This document shows, piece after piece, positions 12,905 through 25,850 of a stretch of 64,000 bases of DNA. A program made the position numbers and the translations under genes. The stretch's first letter is position 1, and each line of letters starts with the position of its first letter. The DNA is taken from positions 100,752,001 through 100,816,000 of the forward strand of contig CM052817.1 of NCBI GenBank assembly GCA_028534125.1, read 5' to 3'. This DNA comes from Lama glama. Its lineage: Eukaryota. A model generated the notes under the pieces. The model was not told the origin of the DNA, did no database searches, and worked only from the letters and a program-made list of their open reading frames with translations.

Positions 12905-13260
12905 AAATAAAATAATCAGTTCAGGCAAGAATTATCAGTGGACACAAATGTTAGGAGACGATTAGTGCAGACGAGATACTCCCTTGTTGCTAATGTACAG
13001 TCCATAGATCACTTGCTAATTGCAAAGGAAAAAATTTACCTTCCTGGAGGAGAGATCTGGCAATCTCCTCCTTAACCAAATGATCACATGTAGTATTATG
13101 CAGTGGAACAATCTATTTACCTCCTCATGTGATGCAATATGAATTACACAGCACGATCTATGAAGTATTCTTGCCAAAAATAAATCAAGCTTTTAGACTT
13201 AACTTCCAAAGCATTGAGATCTAAGTTAAACACCACCATAAGGAAATAATCAAAGAAGTC
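12905..13260 (+). mobile_element. Old L1 (L1MC/ME) 3' fragment
   Basis: aatcagttcaggcaagaattatcagtgga...ttaaccaaatgatca...tatgaagtattcttgccaaaa. Confidence 0.65.
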
Positions 13261-13289
13261 TTTTTTGTCTGGCTGCTTTCACTTGGCAT

Positions 13290-14490
13290 GTTTTTTTAAT
13301 TCAACTTTATTTTTAGAGCAGTTCTAGGTTCACAGCACAATCAAGAGAAAGATACAGAGATTCCCTCACACATCCCCTGCCCTCACATATGCATAGCCTC
13401 CCCCATTATCAACATCCCCCACCAGGGTCCAGAGATGATGTTAGGTCCACTCTTAGTGTCATATATTCTATTGGTTTGGACAAATGTATAATGACACATA
13501 TGCACTATTATAATATCATACAGAATTATTTCACTGCCCTAAAATCTTCTGTTCTTCACCTATTCATTCTGCTGTCTCTGCTACATCCTGACAACCACCA
13601 ATCTTTTTACTGTCTCCACAGTTTTACCTTTTCCAGAATGTCATATAGTTGGAATCAGACAGCATATAGCCTTTTCAGACTGGCTGCTTTCACTTAGTAA
13701 TACTCATTTAAGATTCCTCCGTGTCTTTTCATGGTGAGATAGATCATTTCTTTTTAGCCCTGAGTAATACTCCATGCTCTGGATGTTCGGCAGTTTACTT
13801 ATCCACTCACTTACTGAAGGACATCTTGGTTGCTTTCAGATTTTGACAATTATGGATGAAGCTGTTATAAATATCTTTGTGCAGGTTTTTGTGTGAAGAT
13901 AAATTTACAACTCCTGTGGGTAAATACCATGGAATACTATGGGTAGATCATATGGTAAAGAAACCATCAAACTGTCATCCAAAGTAGCTATGCCATTTTG
14001 CTTTCCCACAAGCAATGAATGAGAGTTCCTGTTGCTCCATGTCCTTGCCAGCACATGGTGTTGTCAGTGTTCCAGATTTTGGCCATTCTAAATACATGTG
14101 TAGTGGTATCTCATTGCTTCAATTAGCAATTCCCTGATGACATATGATGTTGAACATCTTTTCATATGCATATTTGCTATCTGTTTATCTCTTTAGGTGA
14201 GGCGTCTATTAAGGTCTTCAGATCATGTTTTTAACCTGGTTGTTTTTCTTATTGTTGAAATTTATTAGTCCTTTGTATGTTTTGGATAAGAGTCCTTTAT
14301 GAGATGTGTCTTTTGCAAATATTTTGTTACAGCTGTGCCTTGTCTTCTCATTCTCTTGATGTTGTCTTTGACAGACATTTTTCATCTTGATGAATTAAAG
14401 TTTATTATTTCTTTCATTGATCATGCTTTTGGTGTTATAGCTAAAAAGTCATTGCCATACGCAAGGTTATGTAGGTTTTCTCCTGCATAA
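13290..14490 (-). mobile_element. L1MC1/2-like 3' region
   Basis: tttagagcagttctaggttcacagca, cttttccagaatgtcatatagttggaatc, aatgaatgagagttcctgttgctcc. Confidence 0.9.
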
Positions 14491-14519
14491 TTATTTTGAG
14501 GATATTTTTTCCTTCTCCC

Positions 14520-15150
14520 GTATCAACAATTTGTTCTTTTTTGTTGCTGAGTTCCATTGTGTAGTATACTACAATTTGTTTATCTGTTCACCGGTTGATG
14601 GATATTGGAGTTACTCTCTGTTTTGGCTATTACAAATAAAGCTAATATGAACATTTGTGAACAAGTTTTTATTTGGGCAAGTGCTTTCATTTCTCTTGGG
14701 TCAACATCTAAGTATTGAATGGCTGAGTCATTTGGTTGGTACATGTCTAACTTTTTAAGAGGTTGTTCAATTGTTTTCCAAAGTGGTTTTACCATTTAGC
14801 ATTCCACAGCAGTACATTGAGAGTTCCAGTTGCTCCACATCCTCCCCAACACTTGTTGTCATCAGTCTCTCTAATTTTATCCATTCTATCAGGTGTGTAG
14901 TGAGTGGTATCTCGTTGTGATTTTAATTTATATTTTAATTTTTATGAAGTCCAACTTATTGATTTTTTTCTTTTATAGTTTAAGCTTTTTATGTTATATT
15001 TAAGAAATCTTTGTGAAACTCAAGGTCACTATGTTACACTTCTCTGTTTTCTTTTAGAAATTTTATAGTTTTAGCTTATACATTTAGGTCTATGGTCATT
15101 AAATTAATTTTTATATATGATGTGAAGTGAAGATCAAGATTCACTGTTGC
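14520..15150 (-). mobile_element. L1M ORF2 C-terminal fragment
   Basis: ORF 14580-14795 (PLWKTIEQPLKKL...ALFVIAK) is a degenerate L1 ORF2 C-terminus. Confidence 0.85.
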
Positions 15151-15324
15151 TCTTGGTTGAGATATATGTTAATTTCAAATCAGGGGTGGGGTGATGAGAT
15201 TGAGTATACAGAGGATATCAGTGAGAGATTTGGAAGTAGGGAAAAAAAAAACGTGGTGATTGATTATAGCCTAGATTTTCCAGGAGAATCTCAGTATTTA
15301 ATTTTCTGTCCTTCCCCTCCTCCC

Positions 15325-16035
15325 CAACTTTTATTATTAAAAAAGTTCAAACATGCTGAGAAATTGAAAAGAACTTTTATAAACACCTCTGTACCCACAA
15401 TGTAGATTTAGTCAACAGTTGTTAAGATATTGCCATATGGCTTTATTTAATTATCTTCCTGAATTATTAGCATGTAAATTGCAGAAACCATGACAGTTTA
15501 CACTTAAATGCAATGTTAGGATATTCCTCTACAAAAAGATACAAGTTTCACACCCAAGAGAACTGATAGTTATTCCCTAGTGTCATGTAGTATCCAGTCC
15601 AATTCAGATTTTCCCTAGTTGTCTTTAGTATTTTCATACCAGCATCCAATCAGATTTCACCCATTGCATTTTGTTGTTATGGCTCTTTAGTCTCTTTTAG
15701 TCTAGAACATTCCTCCACCTTTTAAAAATGCATCTTGCAGAATGTATTATATTCAATACATATTGCATAATTTCATATACATAAAATTCTGAAAAATGCA
15801 AACTAATTTATGGTGATGGAAAGGCAATCAGTGGTTCCCTGGGAAAGAGGGCAGAGGTGAGAGGAAGGAGGGCTGGATTGCCAAGGATTCTGAGGAAACT
15901 TTTGGGGTGAAGATATGTGCATTATTTGATTGCAGTGATGGTTTTACAGTTGTGTGCATATGTCAAACTGATAAACTGTACATTTTAAATATGTGCCATT
16001 TATTGTATATCAATTACAACCTAACAAAGCTGTTA
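15325..16035. mobile_element. Two old L1 3' fragments in opposite orientation (minus ~15325-15720, plus ~15750-16035)
   Basis: gagaaattgaaaagaac...ttgcagaaaccatgaca on minus; aaaatgcaaactaatttatggtgatggaaaggcaatcagtggtt...atcaattacaacctaacaaagctgtt on plus. Confidence 0.7.
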
Positions 16036-16724
16036 GAAAGCTGGTGGGGGAGACAGAATGTACTAATGAAAATAATAGGACAGAAAATTTTGGATTGCAG
16101 CTATCATGGAAAAATCAGGCTGCACAGGAATTGTGCTCATTATCAGTCACCAAGGTTTTGTCCTACTTGCTTCTAAATTTCTCTCTGATACCCTGTTTTC
16201 ACTCCTATCATTTCACACAGCATTTAGGAGAGGCATATATCTTGAACAATAGCAAAAACGCATTTTAAGTTTTAAACTACTTCTATGAAAGTGCCTGAAA
16301 ATCATTTAAGGAAACACTGAAAATGCATTTTAATTTAAAAACCAAAAGAAAAAATTCTCAGTAGCTCCCCATTGCCTCCTGAATTAAACGTAGAAGCAGT
16401 TCACAGAAGGATCTAAATTTCTCTTTTCAGCTTTTTCTCTCGTTACTACCTGATACACAGCCCACTTCCAGATTGACTGGCCAGCCTGTGATTTGCAGAC
16501 CTCATGCCTGCACTGCTGGTGCCCACGTCCGTCACGTTCTTTCTGCTTGAGATGCCTGCTGTTCACATGTGCTCCCCTCTCCCTTCACCTGTCCCTGGTG
16601 GGGCAGAAATTCCACTCACCTCTTAAGGCTTCTTCTGAAAACTTTGCTGATGACTCTCAGCAAAGGTGTGTCTTCCTCCCCTTGAGACCGTCCAGCCTGT
16701 AGTTTGCACCGCCCCTGTTGTCAG

Positions 16725-17125
16725 TTTCCAGCCTGGGATGAGGAGGAGGCAAAGGAGGCCCTCACCTGAGGTACAAATTTTAAAAGAGCACCAAAAAACT
16801 CAGTAATCAAGTATTTTCAGATCAGTACCCAAACAAATTTCACTTTTGCATTTGGTTATCTCTTTAGTCTTTCTTAACCTAGAATATTCCAACCACCTTT
16901 TAAAATACGTGTCTTACAGCATGTACATGTCTAGTACAGATTAAATAGTTTTTCACTGTATAATATTTATATTATATAATAGTTTAGGTAAACGTTTTAA
17001 AAATCAAAATGAATGCAAAACATGGATAATGATATTTGATGATATCAGAATTTTAAATACAGACAGGATCTGTATGACTGATTTTTCCTGAGCCTTGGGC
17101 TCCAATGATGACCCCAGGTGGCACT
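16725..17125 (+). mobile_element. MER96B-like hAT element with an internal insertion from ~16810
   Basis: caaattttaaaagagcaccaaaaaactcagtaatcaag, resuming at aaaaatcaaaatgaatgcaaaa...aattttaaatacagacagg. Confidence 0.7.
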
Positions 17126-18246
17126 GGCTCATTTCCCCTCTGCCTAAAGGAAAAGACTCTGCACCCCACATCCCTGCAGCACCTCTCCCAGCGCTGGGCA
17201 GGTCCTAGGCACCCTCTCATCTGACCACAGATTTCTCTCCTTCCATGTATTATTTCCCTCATTAAAGGAGGGAAAGAAAACAGCAGCCATGATTAAGACA
17301 TCTAAGGATAGAAGACTAATGAGGGAAAAATATATATATAACAGGTCTGTAAGCAAAAAGAATACAGATTGTCTCCAAGACAAAGAACTTCAGCTGCATC
17401 CTGCATGTGACAATAGACCACAAGGGAAAAAACAAGCTATTATCTTAAATATGTATCATTTTAAAATGTTCTTTTTTATACTAATAATAATCAACCTGAA
17501 TAATTGAAATTGTGTCCCCTTCTTATCCTCGGTATAGATTTTTTTTGGTCATAAACAGATGCACATTCTTGATATAAAATTAATATATCACATAAAGCCC
17601 CTTTCCAGGGTTTCCTATCTTTCAGTTAAAGATTTCTTTCTTGCAGTAGGGATGAAAAGAATTGTCTGTTTGTGGGCGTTCATGTTCTTTGTGATTTAAT
17701 AACCACTTTGACAGTCCTCTTTTGTGGGCCTCAGAATTTAAAATAAAATCCATGAAAGTATTTAGTGACGAGTAGGGTATCTCAGTATTACCATTGTGTT
17801 CGTGCGTTAATCAGAGATTTAATTATCCAATTCATTTCTTCAGGCATCATGATATCATCATATGTAGTCTATTATCTAATCTGGTTAAAACCAGTTTGGT
17901 TCTCATGACTCGGTAAATATACCTTATAGGACAGAAAACTTCAAGGCTTAAAGAGAAAAAAAGAAACCTAACATAACCCATTGATCTGCTTGTTACACAT
18001 TTTCATGTTCTTAGCAGTATTGTTTCTAATGGTATATGTAATGCTGCTTTGTTTGGTAGCATATTCTATTTTTAGCATTATCTGGTCTATCAGAAGATAA
18101 ATACCTTCAATTAGGGTAAATTATGCCTGGCATTCACTGAAAACTTAAAACTGTTATGAATTATAATAGAGATCCCTCTCTTTAGTTCCATCTAAAGTGA
18201 AAAATAATAAATAAATAAATAACTTAAAGCATGAAATTTTAAAAAG

Positions 18247-18371
18247 TTTTTGGGAGGGATAATAATTTAATTTTTATTTATTGGTTTATTTTTAATGGAG
18301 GTCCTGGGGATTGAACCCCCAGACCTTGTGCATGCTAAGCACTCACCATACCACTGAGCCATACCCTCCCC
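18247..18371 (-). mobile_element. Vic-1-type SINE
   Basis: ggggattgaaccccc...tgtgcatgctaagc...ccactgagccataccctcccc. Imperfect flanking repeat ttaaa(g/a)catgaaat. Confidence 0.9.
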
Positions 18372-18969
18372 TGTTAAAACATGAAATATTTTTAAATGAA
18401 ATAGAACTGACTTGAGCCTGGAATTAGATTCCTTATTTTGTGAATCCAATGAAATCTAGCACATGTAAGATGCATCTTGCCTATCTCAGGGGAAGAAACC
18501 AGCTGATGACTCAGAGGATCCTTGTATTTTCATTCACATCAATATTATTGGTGATTCATATATTATTTTTTGGAAGTTTAACTACAATTATAGGTTTTAT
18601 TACTGACTATAGGCAAAATAAATTTATATAGATTAGCCATTTGGTAGGAAGAAAGATCCAAATGTGCTAAGTAAATAGGTGGAGATCACCTTTGGGGGCA
18701 GTTTCCTGTCAATGCTTCATCAAATTCTGTAGTCAAGAATTAGAACGGATCTACATTGTGGACCAGGACTCATGCGTGTTAAACTAAGCAGAGGGAACTG
18801 GTCAGTCGGGAACATGGTAAATCATTTGTGGGTACCATTGCTCTCCTCATAGCTGATAATGTAAACAAGCGATTTTCTCAGGGAAGAAAGAGAAGGCCTT
18901 CAGCATAACAGGGGCAGTACTTGTCGCCTTGGAAACTCTGTTGTTGCTGGGTACTGGCTATCTGACAGT

Positions 18970-19680
18970 TCCACAGCTTAGGTCAAGGACAGCAGTCTTG
19001 CTTGTCTTGTCTGCTGTAGTGTACTTAGCACTTAGCACTCTGCCTGGCACGTAGTAGGTGTTTAATACGGATTATTGGTTAAATTTTAAAATCTTGAAAA
19101 TACATACAGGAACCTTAAATTCATATTGCTAAGTGAAAGAAGCCAGTTTGAAAAGCGTACGTATTGTGATTCCAACACTACGATCTTTCGGAAAAGGGAA
19201 AACTAGACAGACAGTAAAAGATCACTGGTTTGTCAAGGGCCTGAGGGAAGGCAGGAAGGAGGGATAAATGCGTGGAACACAGAGGATTTTTAGGGCAGAG
19301 AAACTATTCCTTCTGATATTCTAACAGTGGATATAAGTCATATATTTGCCAAAACCCACAGAACATACAGTACAAAGATTGAAGCCTAATGTAAACTATG
19401 GACTTCAGTTAATAAGAATGTAGTAATATTGGCTCATGCATTATAACAAATGCATCACACTAATGAAAGATGTTAATAATAGGGGAAACTGGGGAGAGGG
19501 AAGAGGGTATACGAGAACTCTCTGTACTTTAGGCTCATTTTACTGTAAATCTAAAGCTGCTCTAAAAGAATGAAATCTATTAATTAAAAAAAAAAGTCCG
19601 TGAAGCTTTATTGTGTCCCTTACTTGCACGCCAGCATAGTATTAAAGGAGCTCCAGCAAGTAGATGAATGAATGAATGTG
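18970..19680 (+). mobile_element. L2 3' pieces flanking an L1MC1-like 3' end (~19100-19595)
   Basis: tgcctggcacgtagtaggtg (L2); ggaaccttaaattcatattgctaagtgaaagaagccag...taatgtaaactatggact...taattaaaaaaaaaa (L1MC1); gatgaatgaatgaatg (L2). Confidence 0.8.
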
Positions 19681-20131
19681 ATATTTGAGGTAACATTCTT
19701 TAGAATCTATTTTAGGTTGAGTAAATAAATATCCACTGAGTGCCAACTAAAGCCCTGCTGGGCAGTGTGCAGTGCAGCAAGAAAAGAAACTGCTCCTTAT
19801 TCTGAGAACTACAAAGAAGACTTTTTTATTCTCTTGACCACAACATTTTTCAGGAGAGAAAATGTCTACCTGCCAAAGAAAGAAAAAGAAAAAGAAAAAC
19901 TTTGGGAGTATGACAATTAAGTAGGAATCCAAATAAAGTTGATTGGGACACAAACAGAAGTTCAAAGACTAGGTATAAAGACAGAGAAAGCACCTCAATA
20001 AAAGTGAAGGTGAAACAGTCCATATTGCATATAAGTGGACGGTGGATGCAAAATTAAGATCTCTTGTAGCAGCCAGAAAGCTTGTGTATAATTTTGTGAA
20101 TCATCGGAGGAGACAAGATACAGTCACCCAG

Positions 20132-20167
20132 ACACACACACACACACACACACACACGCGCGCACGC
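20132..20167. repeat. (CA)n(CG)n microsatellite
   Basis: Direct reading; alternating purine-pyrimidine tract. Confidence 0.95.
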
Positions 20168-20699
20168 TATATTTTTTCTAAAGATCTGCAAGTTATAGTC
20201 AATTGAATACAGCCATGGGAGGGAGGGGAGAAAAAGATGTCTTACTTGATGCTTAAAACAAAACAAAGCAAAACACAGACTTATACAATTAGGACATCTT
20301 CCTCATCACCAAAAAAGCAGAGACGTAGTACTGCCCCTTCCTGCTTCCACACCCACTCCTCTGGCTGACCTTTTGTTACTTCCTTTATTCTTCAAATCTG
20401 GCCTGAGTGTATATTTTAAGCCAGTTTTATCTGTCCACCAATTGCAATTCATCAAGTGATAAAGAAAGTTGACGCCAAGGAAAGCAATACAATTTTCCCT
20501 AAATCCTACCCTACACAAGGAGAGCCCAAACTTGAATATAGCATTTGGGAGCTATAACCTACTCAAGATGGATTTTAAAAGAAACCCACACACAATTTCC
20601 CAAGATTCCAAATGTGGAAAAAATGTCTTAAAGTTTTAGACTACAACAGATGGGGGGCATTCTTTGAATATCTCTATACAAGGAAATAATGTGGAGATG

Positions 20700-20860
20700 G
20701 GGCGTTACAGTCAGAAGGCTCAGTTCTACTACTTAACATCCTGGAAGTTCACACAGTCCGCCTGAACCTCATTTTCCACGTATCTAATGTAGGGGCTTAA
20801 TAATACCTGTCTTTCACAACACACAGTTACAATGAAGATAAAATGAGATTATGAAAACAG
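20700..20860 (+). mobile_element. MIR fragment
   Basis: cctgaacctcattttccacgtatctaatgtaggggcttaataatacct...gaagataaaatgagat. Confidence 0.65.
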
Positions 20861-21044
20861 AAGTTACTGGTACGCTATCACCATCATTTCTTTCCTCCCT
20901 AGAAAAAATACAGGTTGTCTAAGAGGCACCTAGAAAAGTTCCTAAATAATTTTAGGTTATAGTTCAACACTTGGTGTGACCTTGGAAGACTGGAAATATA
21001 TATACTTGCTTTCAAGTTCAGCAGATGGTTATCACCAAGGCTTT

Positions 21045-21100
21045 AACATACAGCCATGTGAGTTACACACTGCACAACTCTAGGGGGCACCATTCATATA
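21045..21100. mobile_element. MER91B-like fragment
   Basis: cacactgcacaactctagggggcaccattca. Confidence 0.55.
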
Positions 21101-21739
21101 ATTTGAGATCTGCAGCTGAAAACTAAGGATTAGTGAGTAAAGATTTCAGATCTTACTCTCTATAATAAACTCATAAATGATTAAGCAAACCAAATGGCTA
21201 GCTGTACAAACAAGTGACACATGACCCTCATACTTCCAAATAAATTTGAGAAGTACAATAAATTTAATGAATGAAATAGATTTCCATCCTGAACCTCCAA
21301 GTCTCTCTTTTTTAAGTGCTGAAAAAAATATATAAACACTATAACTTAAAAAAGACCACAATAAGTATAGGAATTTTAGCTTAAAAACCCACTGATTATT
21401 TATGTCCTACCTTGAATTCTGAGATCAGCCACAACAGAAGTGTTTCCTAAAAAGCAGAGTTTAAATAATAACTCCACAAGAACAGGAAGTTTCTTCTTCA
21501 TGCAAATGAATTTTGTTCTTAAAAAGAGAACGCTAACTGGACAGAGGAGAACAAGATACCAGAGCCCTGATCTACTTGATGGCAGGGAACTCTGACTCTA
21601 GCAATTGGATCTTTTCCATAAGTTTCCTCTCTTAAAGTTCATGCAGTTTCAATCAACAGCTCAATAGGATCTTTTTTTTTTTTTTTCACTTGGATGTTAT
21701 CCTAGCCTTCATCTGGAAGAGCAAGCAAACGAAAACAAC

Positions 21740-23950
21740 ATGGCTATTCTAAAGAAAAATGAGTTGGAGAGCTAGCCTCATCAGATACTAAACATAAAGC
21801 AATAAGAATTAAAACTTTGTGGTGCTGGTATAAGGATTGATTTGACAAATCTCTCAAACACAATAGACTGTAAATGAATTTAATATGTATAAAATACATA
21901 TTAAATGTTGTATCACAAATCAGTTGGGAAGGAAAGATCATTCCATAAATTGTAATAGACTGAACAGCTAGCAACTGGGAGAAAAATCAACTGATATCTT
22001 CATCTCTCATCACAAATAAAAATTAAATTTTTCAATATCTTGTAATAACCTTTAATGGAAAAAATATGAAAACAAATATAGGTATGTATATGCATGACTG
22101 GAACATTGTGCTATACACCAGAGATTGACACATTGTAATTGACTGTACTTCAATTAAAAAAAAAAGAGTACATTAAAAAAAAAAGGACTAGTTGGCACAT
22201 GTAGGGTACTTATAAATTATAGTTATTTTTATTGATTTTTTAATATAGTGGAGAGTAAATGAAGTCAATGGATTGACCACTCTTGTAAGACATCTATCAT
22301 GTACTGTATATTTAATTACCTTTCTGTATGTAAATATTTTATCATCCCAATTAGGTTGCTAAATAGTTTATAGATAGATTCAAAGTCAATTAAAAGTGTA
22401 CATGATTCAAATGAAAAAAGTAACTTTTAGAATATGTAAAGAGATAAAAAAGAAAAATCAAGCTTTAGATACACTAAAAGAAAATAGAATTAAATAATTT
22501 TCAAGTCTCTGGAAAAAGGATGAATTTCTAAGTTTGAAAACAATAGAAGAAATGAAAAATTTAACAACACAGAAACAAACATAATTTCGAAAGTTAAAAT
22601 AAGAAGGCAAACAGCAAACTAGGAAACACAATCACTTATGGGAAGGGACTAAATTGAATATGATTTACTTGTTTAAAGAGTCCCTACCACTACAGGGGTG
22701 AGCATGAATGCAGTAGGAGTATCCTGGAAGCAGATAAGGACGAAATCCACTTGAAAGTTGCAAAAGAGGCAGAATATATGGAAGGATGTGGTATGTATTT
22801 GAAAGAAAAGAAGAACTTAGTGATGGATCAGATGTAAACGGGGAGGAACAAGAGAAAAAATTTCAATGTGCCAAGAAAAAAAACCCACAATAACTGGCAA
22901 AGGAATTCGGATTATTTTCCCCTTGAGTTGGGACTGGATGCCTCCTGCTCTGAGACACATGGAGAGGAATGAACACTAGAACAGGACCAGAACCCTGAAT
23001 GCAAGGAGAGACAAAGGGAATGGGGTTAGGTACGCGACCAGCAGGATCTGCTACGAAGTGTTTAAGAAATACGAGCTCCTATTATTCTTCAAGCTGCTAT
23101 GCTGCTTTGGTAGCCCTGAAAAATCGAGAATTTAACAAAATTCTCTTTAAACTCCCATTGGAATTCCTATTCTTCAGAATAACAATTTTCATTTGGTGTC
23201 AGTCCATGGAAGAGAGGAATGCTCACATTCTCTTACAGAAGAGTCCTGAGTCTGATGCTGCGTTGTCATGTGTCCTCTGTCAGATCATCTACTGTCTCAT
23301 TGGTAAAATGTATGGGTTCAATAGGCTCTAATTTGCTTCTAATTATAACATATAACTAGAATAAAAAAAACTTTTAAGAGTTCAGATAAATAAATGTAAA
23401 AATTGCTAAGACTCTAACAGATAAATTAGAAAAAGGGCATGTGCAAAACATTTACAGAAGAGCTGCTACAGCTAGTTTTAAACAAAAAATTTTCACTAGT
23501 GGTTGTGATTTTAAAAGCAGCCAATGAAATGAATTTATATCATTTCCACCTATTGGCAATATTAAAAAGTGATGATACTCATTAATGTAGAGGGGACAGA
23601 AAAATGGATATGCTTTTGCATTACTAGTGAAATTTCACATGGACACAACCTTTTAGAAAGTAATAAATTTGACAAAATGTATCAAGAGGGAAAAAATGAT
23701 CTTATGCCCTAACATAGTCCCTTTTCTGGAGATGAAGAAAACAGAAACTATGGAAAAAGCCATATGTACTAGGACAAACATAGAATATTTGTTTACAATT
23801 ATAAAAGATTGGAAACAACCAAATTATATAACAAGTAGGAATTGGTTCAGCAAAGTATAGAACTTGGCAAATGATACTTTGGAGGAAAAAAATTGAATGG
23901 ATGAAATATACATATGGTGGAATATTATTCAACCAAAAAAAAAGATTCAC
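21740..23950 (+). mobile_element. Fragmented old L1ME ORF2/3' region (~21740-22010, 22370-22690, 23380-23950)
   Basis: ttaaaactttgtggtgctggtata; aaagttaaaataagaaggcaaac; ttgtttacaattataaaagattggaaacaacc. Confidence 0.6.
22030..22165 (+). mobile_element. Cetartiodactyl-type L1 3' end
   Basis: tcaatatcttgtaataacctttaatgg...tgacacattgtaattgactgtacttcaattaaaaaaaaaa. Confidence 0.9.
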
Positions 23951-24400
23951 TATGAAGGACCATGCTGGGCAGCTGCTATTTGGGGTTTTGTTCCCCTCCT
24001 CTGCTTACCAATCTCCTTCTCATAACAGCATCCCTTTCCTTTGGAGAATCATCTCAATCTTGTGTGATTCTGGTGGGATGCATGTCAGGATGGCCCAATC
24101 TAACATCCCCCTGTGCATGGTAATTGGCCAAAGAAAGGAAACATTTTTCTTGTCTGACCAATTTGAGTCCTTTTCCAGATTTTTCCAGAATGAAGGTAGA
24201 TCTTCCTTTTGGATGACCTTGGGTTATTGGCAGCTGTAACCCCACTGAAGGGCAGAAGAGAGAGTGAAGACAACATACAAAGAGAAGCAGAATTAATTGA
24301 AGAGAAAAGAAAGATCTGAGGACATCCTCCAGCCCCCTGGATACAGCCCTACCTAAAGCCCCTATAACTCCCACTCATATGAGCATTCTTGACACATGGT
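23950..24400 (+). mobile_element. LTR16-like ERVL solo LTR
   Basis: tctccttctcataacagcatcc, gtaattggcc, tgaccaatttgagtcc, agccccctggatacagccctacctaaagcc. Confidence 0.6.
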
Positions 24401-24499
24401 TTGGAATGGTGTTGCTGATTTGAGGTGGGATTCAGTCCTAAGCATTTGTGTCCTCATTCATGCAGAAATAATTTCTGTACAGTATCTTTGGTGACCAGA

Positions 24500-24648
24500 A
24501 TACTCTTTAAAATCTAGATCAGACATGTCACTTCCCTGTTGAAAATCTCATCATAGCTTCACATAGCTCCTAGAACAAGAAATAATCTTCTTACCATGTC
24601 CCATGAGGTCCCACAGGATCCCCTCCTCACTCTTGTTCTCTCTCTCGC

Positions 24649-24682
<34 letters not shown>

Positions 24683-24975
24683 ACAGAACATCCTTCCCTC
24701 AACTCATCTCCCTCCATGCTTCTCTGGCTCAACTACTGTATCCACACTGGCCACCTTTCTAGTCCTTAAAGTCTATTTCTGTCCCAGGTCCTTTCACTTG
24801 CTGTCTCGTGCGTGAGGATTGCTTGGCCCAGACCTTCACAAGGCTGATTCCTTCTTGTCAGTCAGGTCCCATCTCAAATGACACTTCTGTGATACTTTTC
24901 CTGACTCTACATTACTCTCTTTTGCTGACTTGACATTATCAATGTCTATCTTAAATTGTCTTATTTATTTGCCTT
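24500..24975 (+). mobile_element. L2 fragment with (CT)n(CA)n
   Basis: atcagacatgtcacttccctgttgaaaa...ccacactggccacctttc...tcaggtcccatctcaaatgacac. Confidence 0.75.
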
Positions 24976-25483
24976 CTGTTTTAGAATGAAGGAAAATCAG
25001 AATAAAAACTTGCATGCACACCAATTACAACTAGAAAACAATAAACACATGAGAAAATCTATCACATTTATAACACTGAAGTGATGGGAATTGATTATGT
25101 CTGATTTCTTTCACCTTTTTTTTTTGATTTTCCAAACTTTCTGTAATGTATTTATATTGTTTGATTGATTAAGACACAGATAGAAAAAAGTCATATGATC
25201 TTTAGAACCCACTAAATTCTTGTCATGTTTGTGAATAATTTCAGTCACCCTAGCCTTGATTTTCAGAAATTATAATGACAGGTTTTGCCAACACCTAACC
25301 TTAGAAAATCTCTTGGGTGAACAAAGAAGAAAGAAAAAAGTTACAAGGAGTGTTTGTTATGATAGCACTCATAATCATAAAGGATAAACTTGCACTGGGT
25401 CATTGTCAAAGCTGCCAAAGCAAAAACGTAACTGTAATGGGTTTTCCGTACATACGCGTAAGCTTACCTCAAGATGTATCAAA

Positions 25484-25620
25484 AGGGGCAAGGGTAAAGC
25501 TCAGTGGTAGAGCACATGCTTAGCATGCACGAGGTCTTGGGTTCAATCCCCAGTACCTCCACTAAAAAATAAATACACTTATTTACCTCCCCTCCAAGAA
25601 AGAAATAAAATAATTTTAAA
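25484..25620 (+). mobile_element. Vic-1-type SINE
   Basis: agctcagtggtagagcacatgcttagcatgcacgaggtcttgggttcaatccccagtacctcc plus tail. Confidence 0.95.
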
Positions 25621-25850
25621 AAGCGGTTGGAAAGGGATAAATTTGGGAGTTTGAGATTTGCAAATGTTAACCACTATATATAAAAATAGATTAAAAAACA
25701 AATATAGGAGCTATATTCAATATCTTGCAATAACCTTTAATGAAAAGGAATATGAAGAATGAATATATGTATATATACGCGTGACTGGGACATTATGCTG
25801 TATGCCAGAAATTGACACATTGTAACTGACTATTTCAATAAAAAATTTTA
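25621..25850 (+). mobile_element. L1 3' end directly following the SINE
   Basis: gggataaatttgggagtttgagatttgc...gacacattgtaactgactatttcaataaaaaa. Outer TSD aagatgtatcaaa at 25471-25483 and 25851-25863. Confidence 0.9.
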
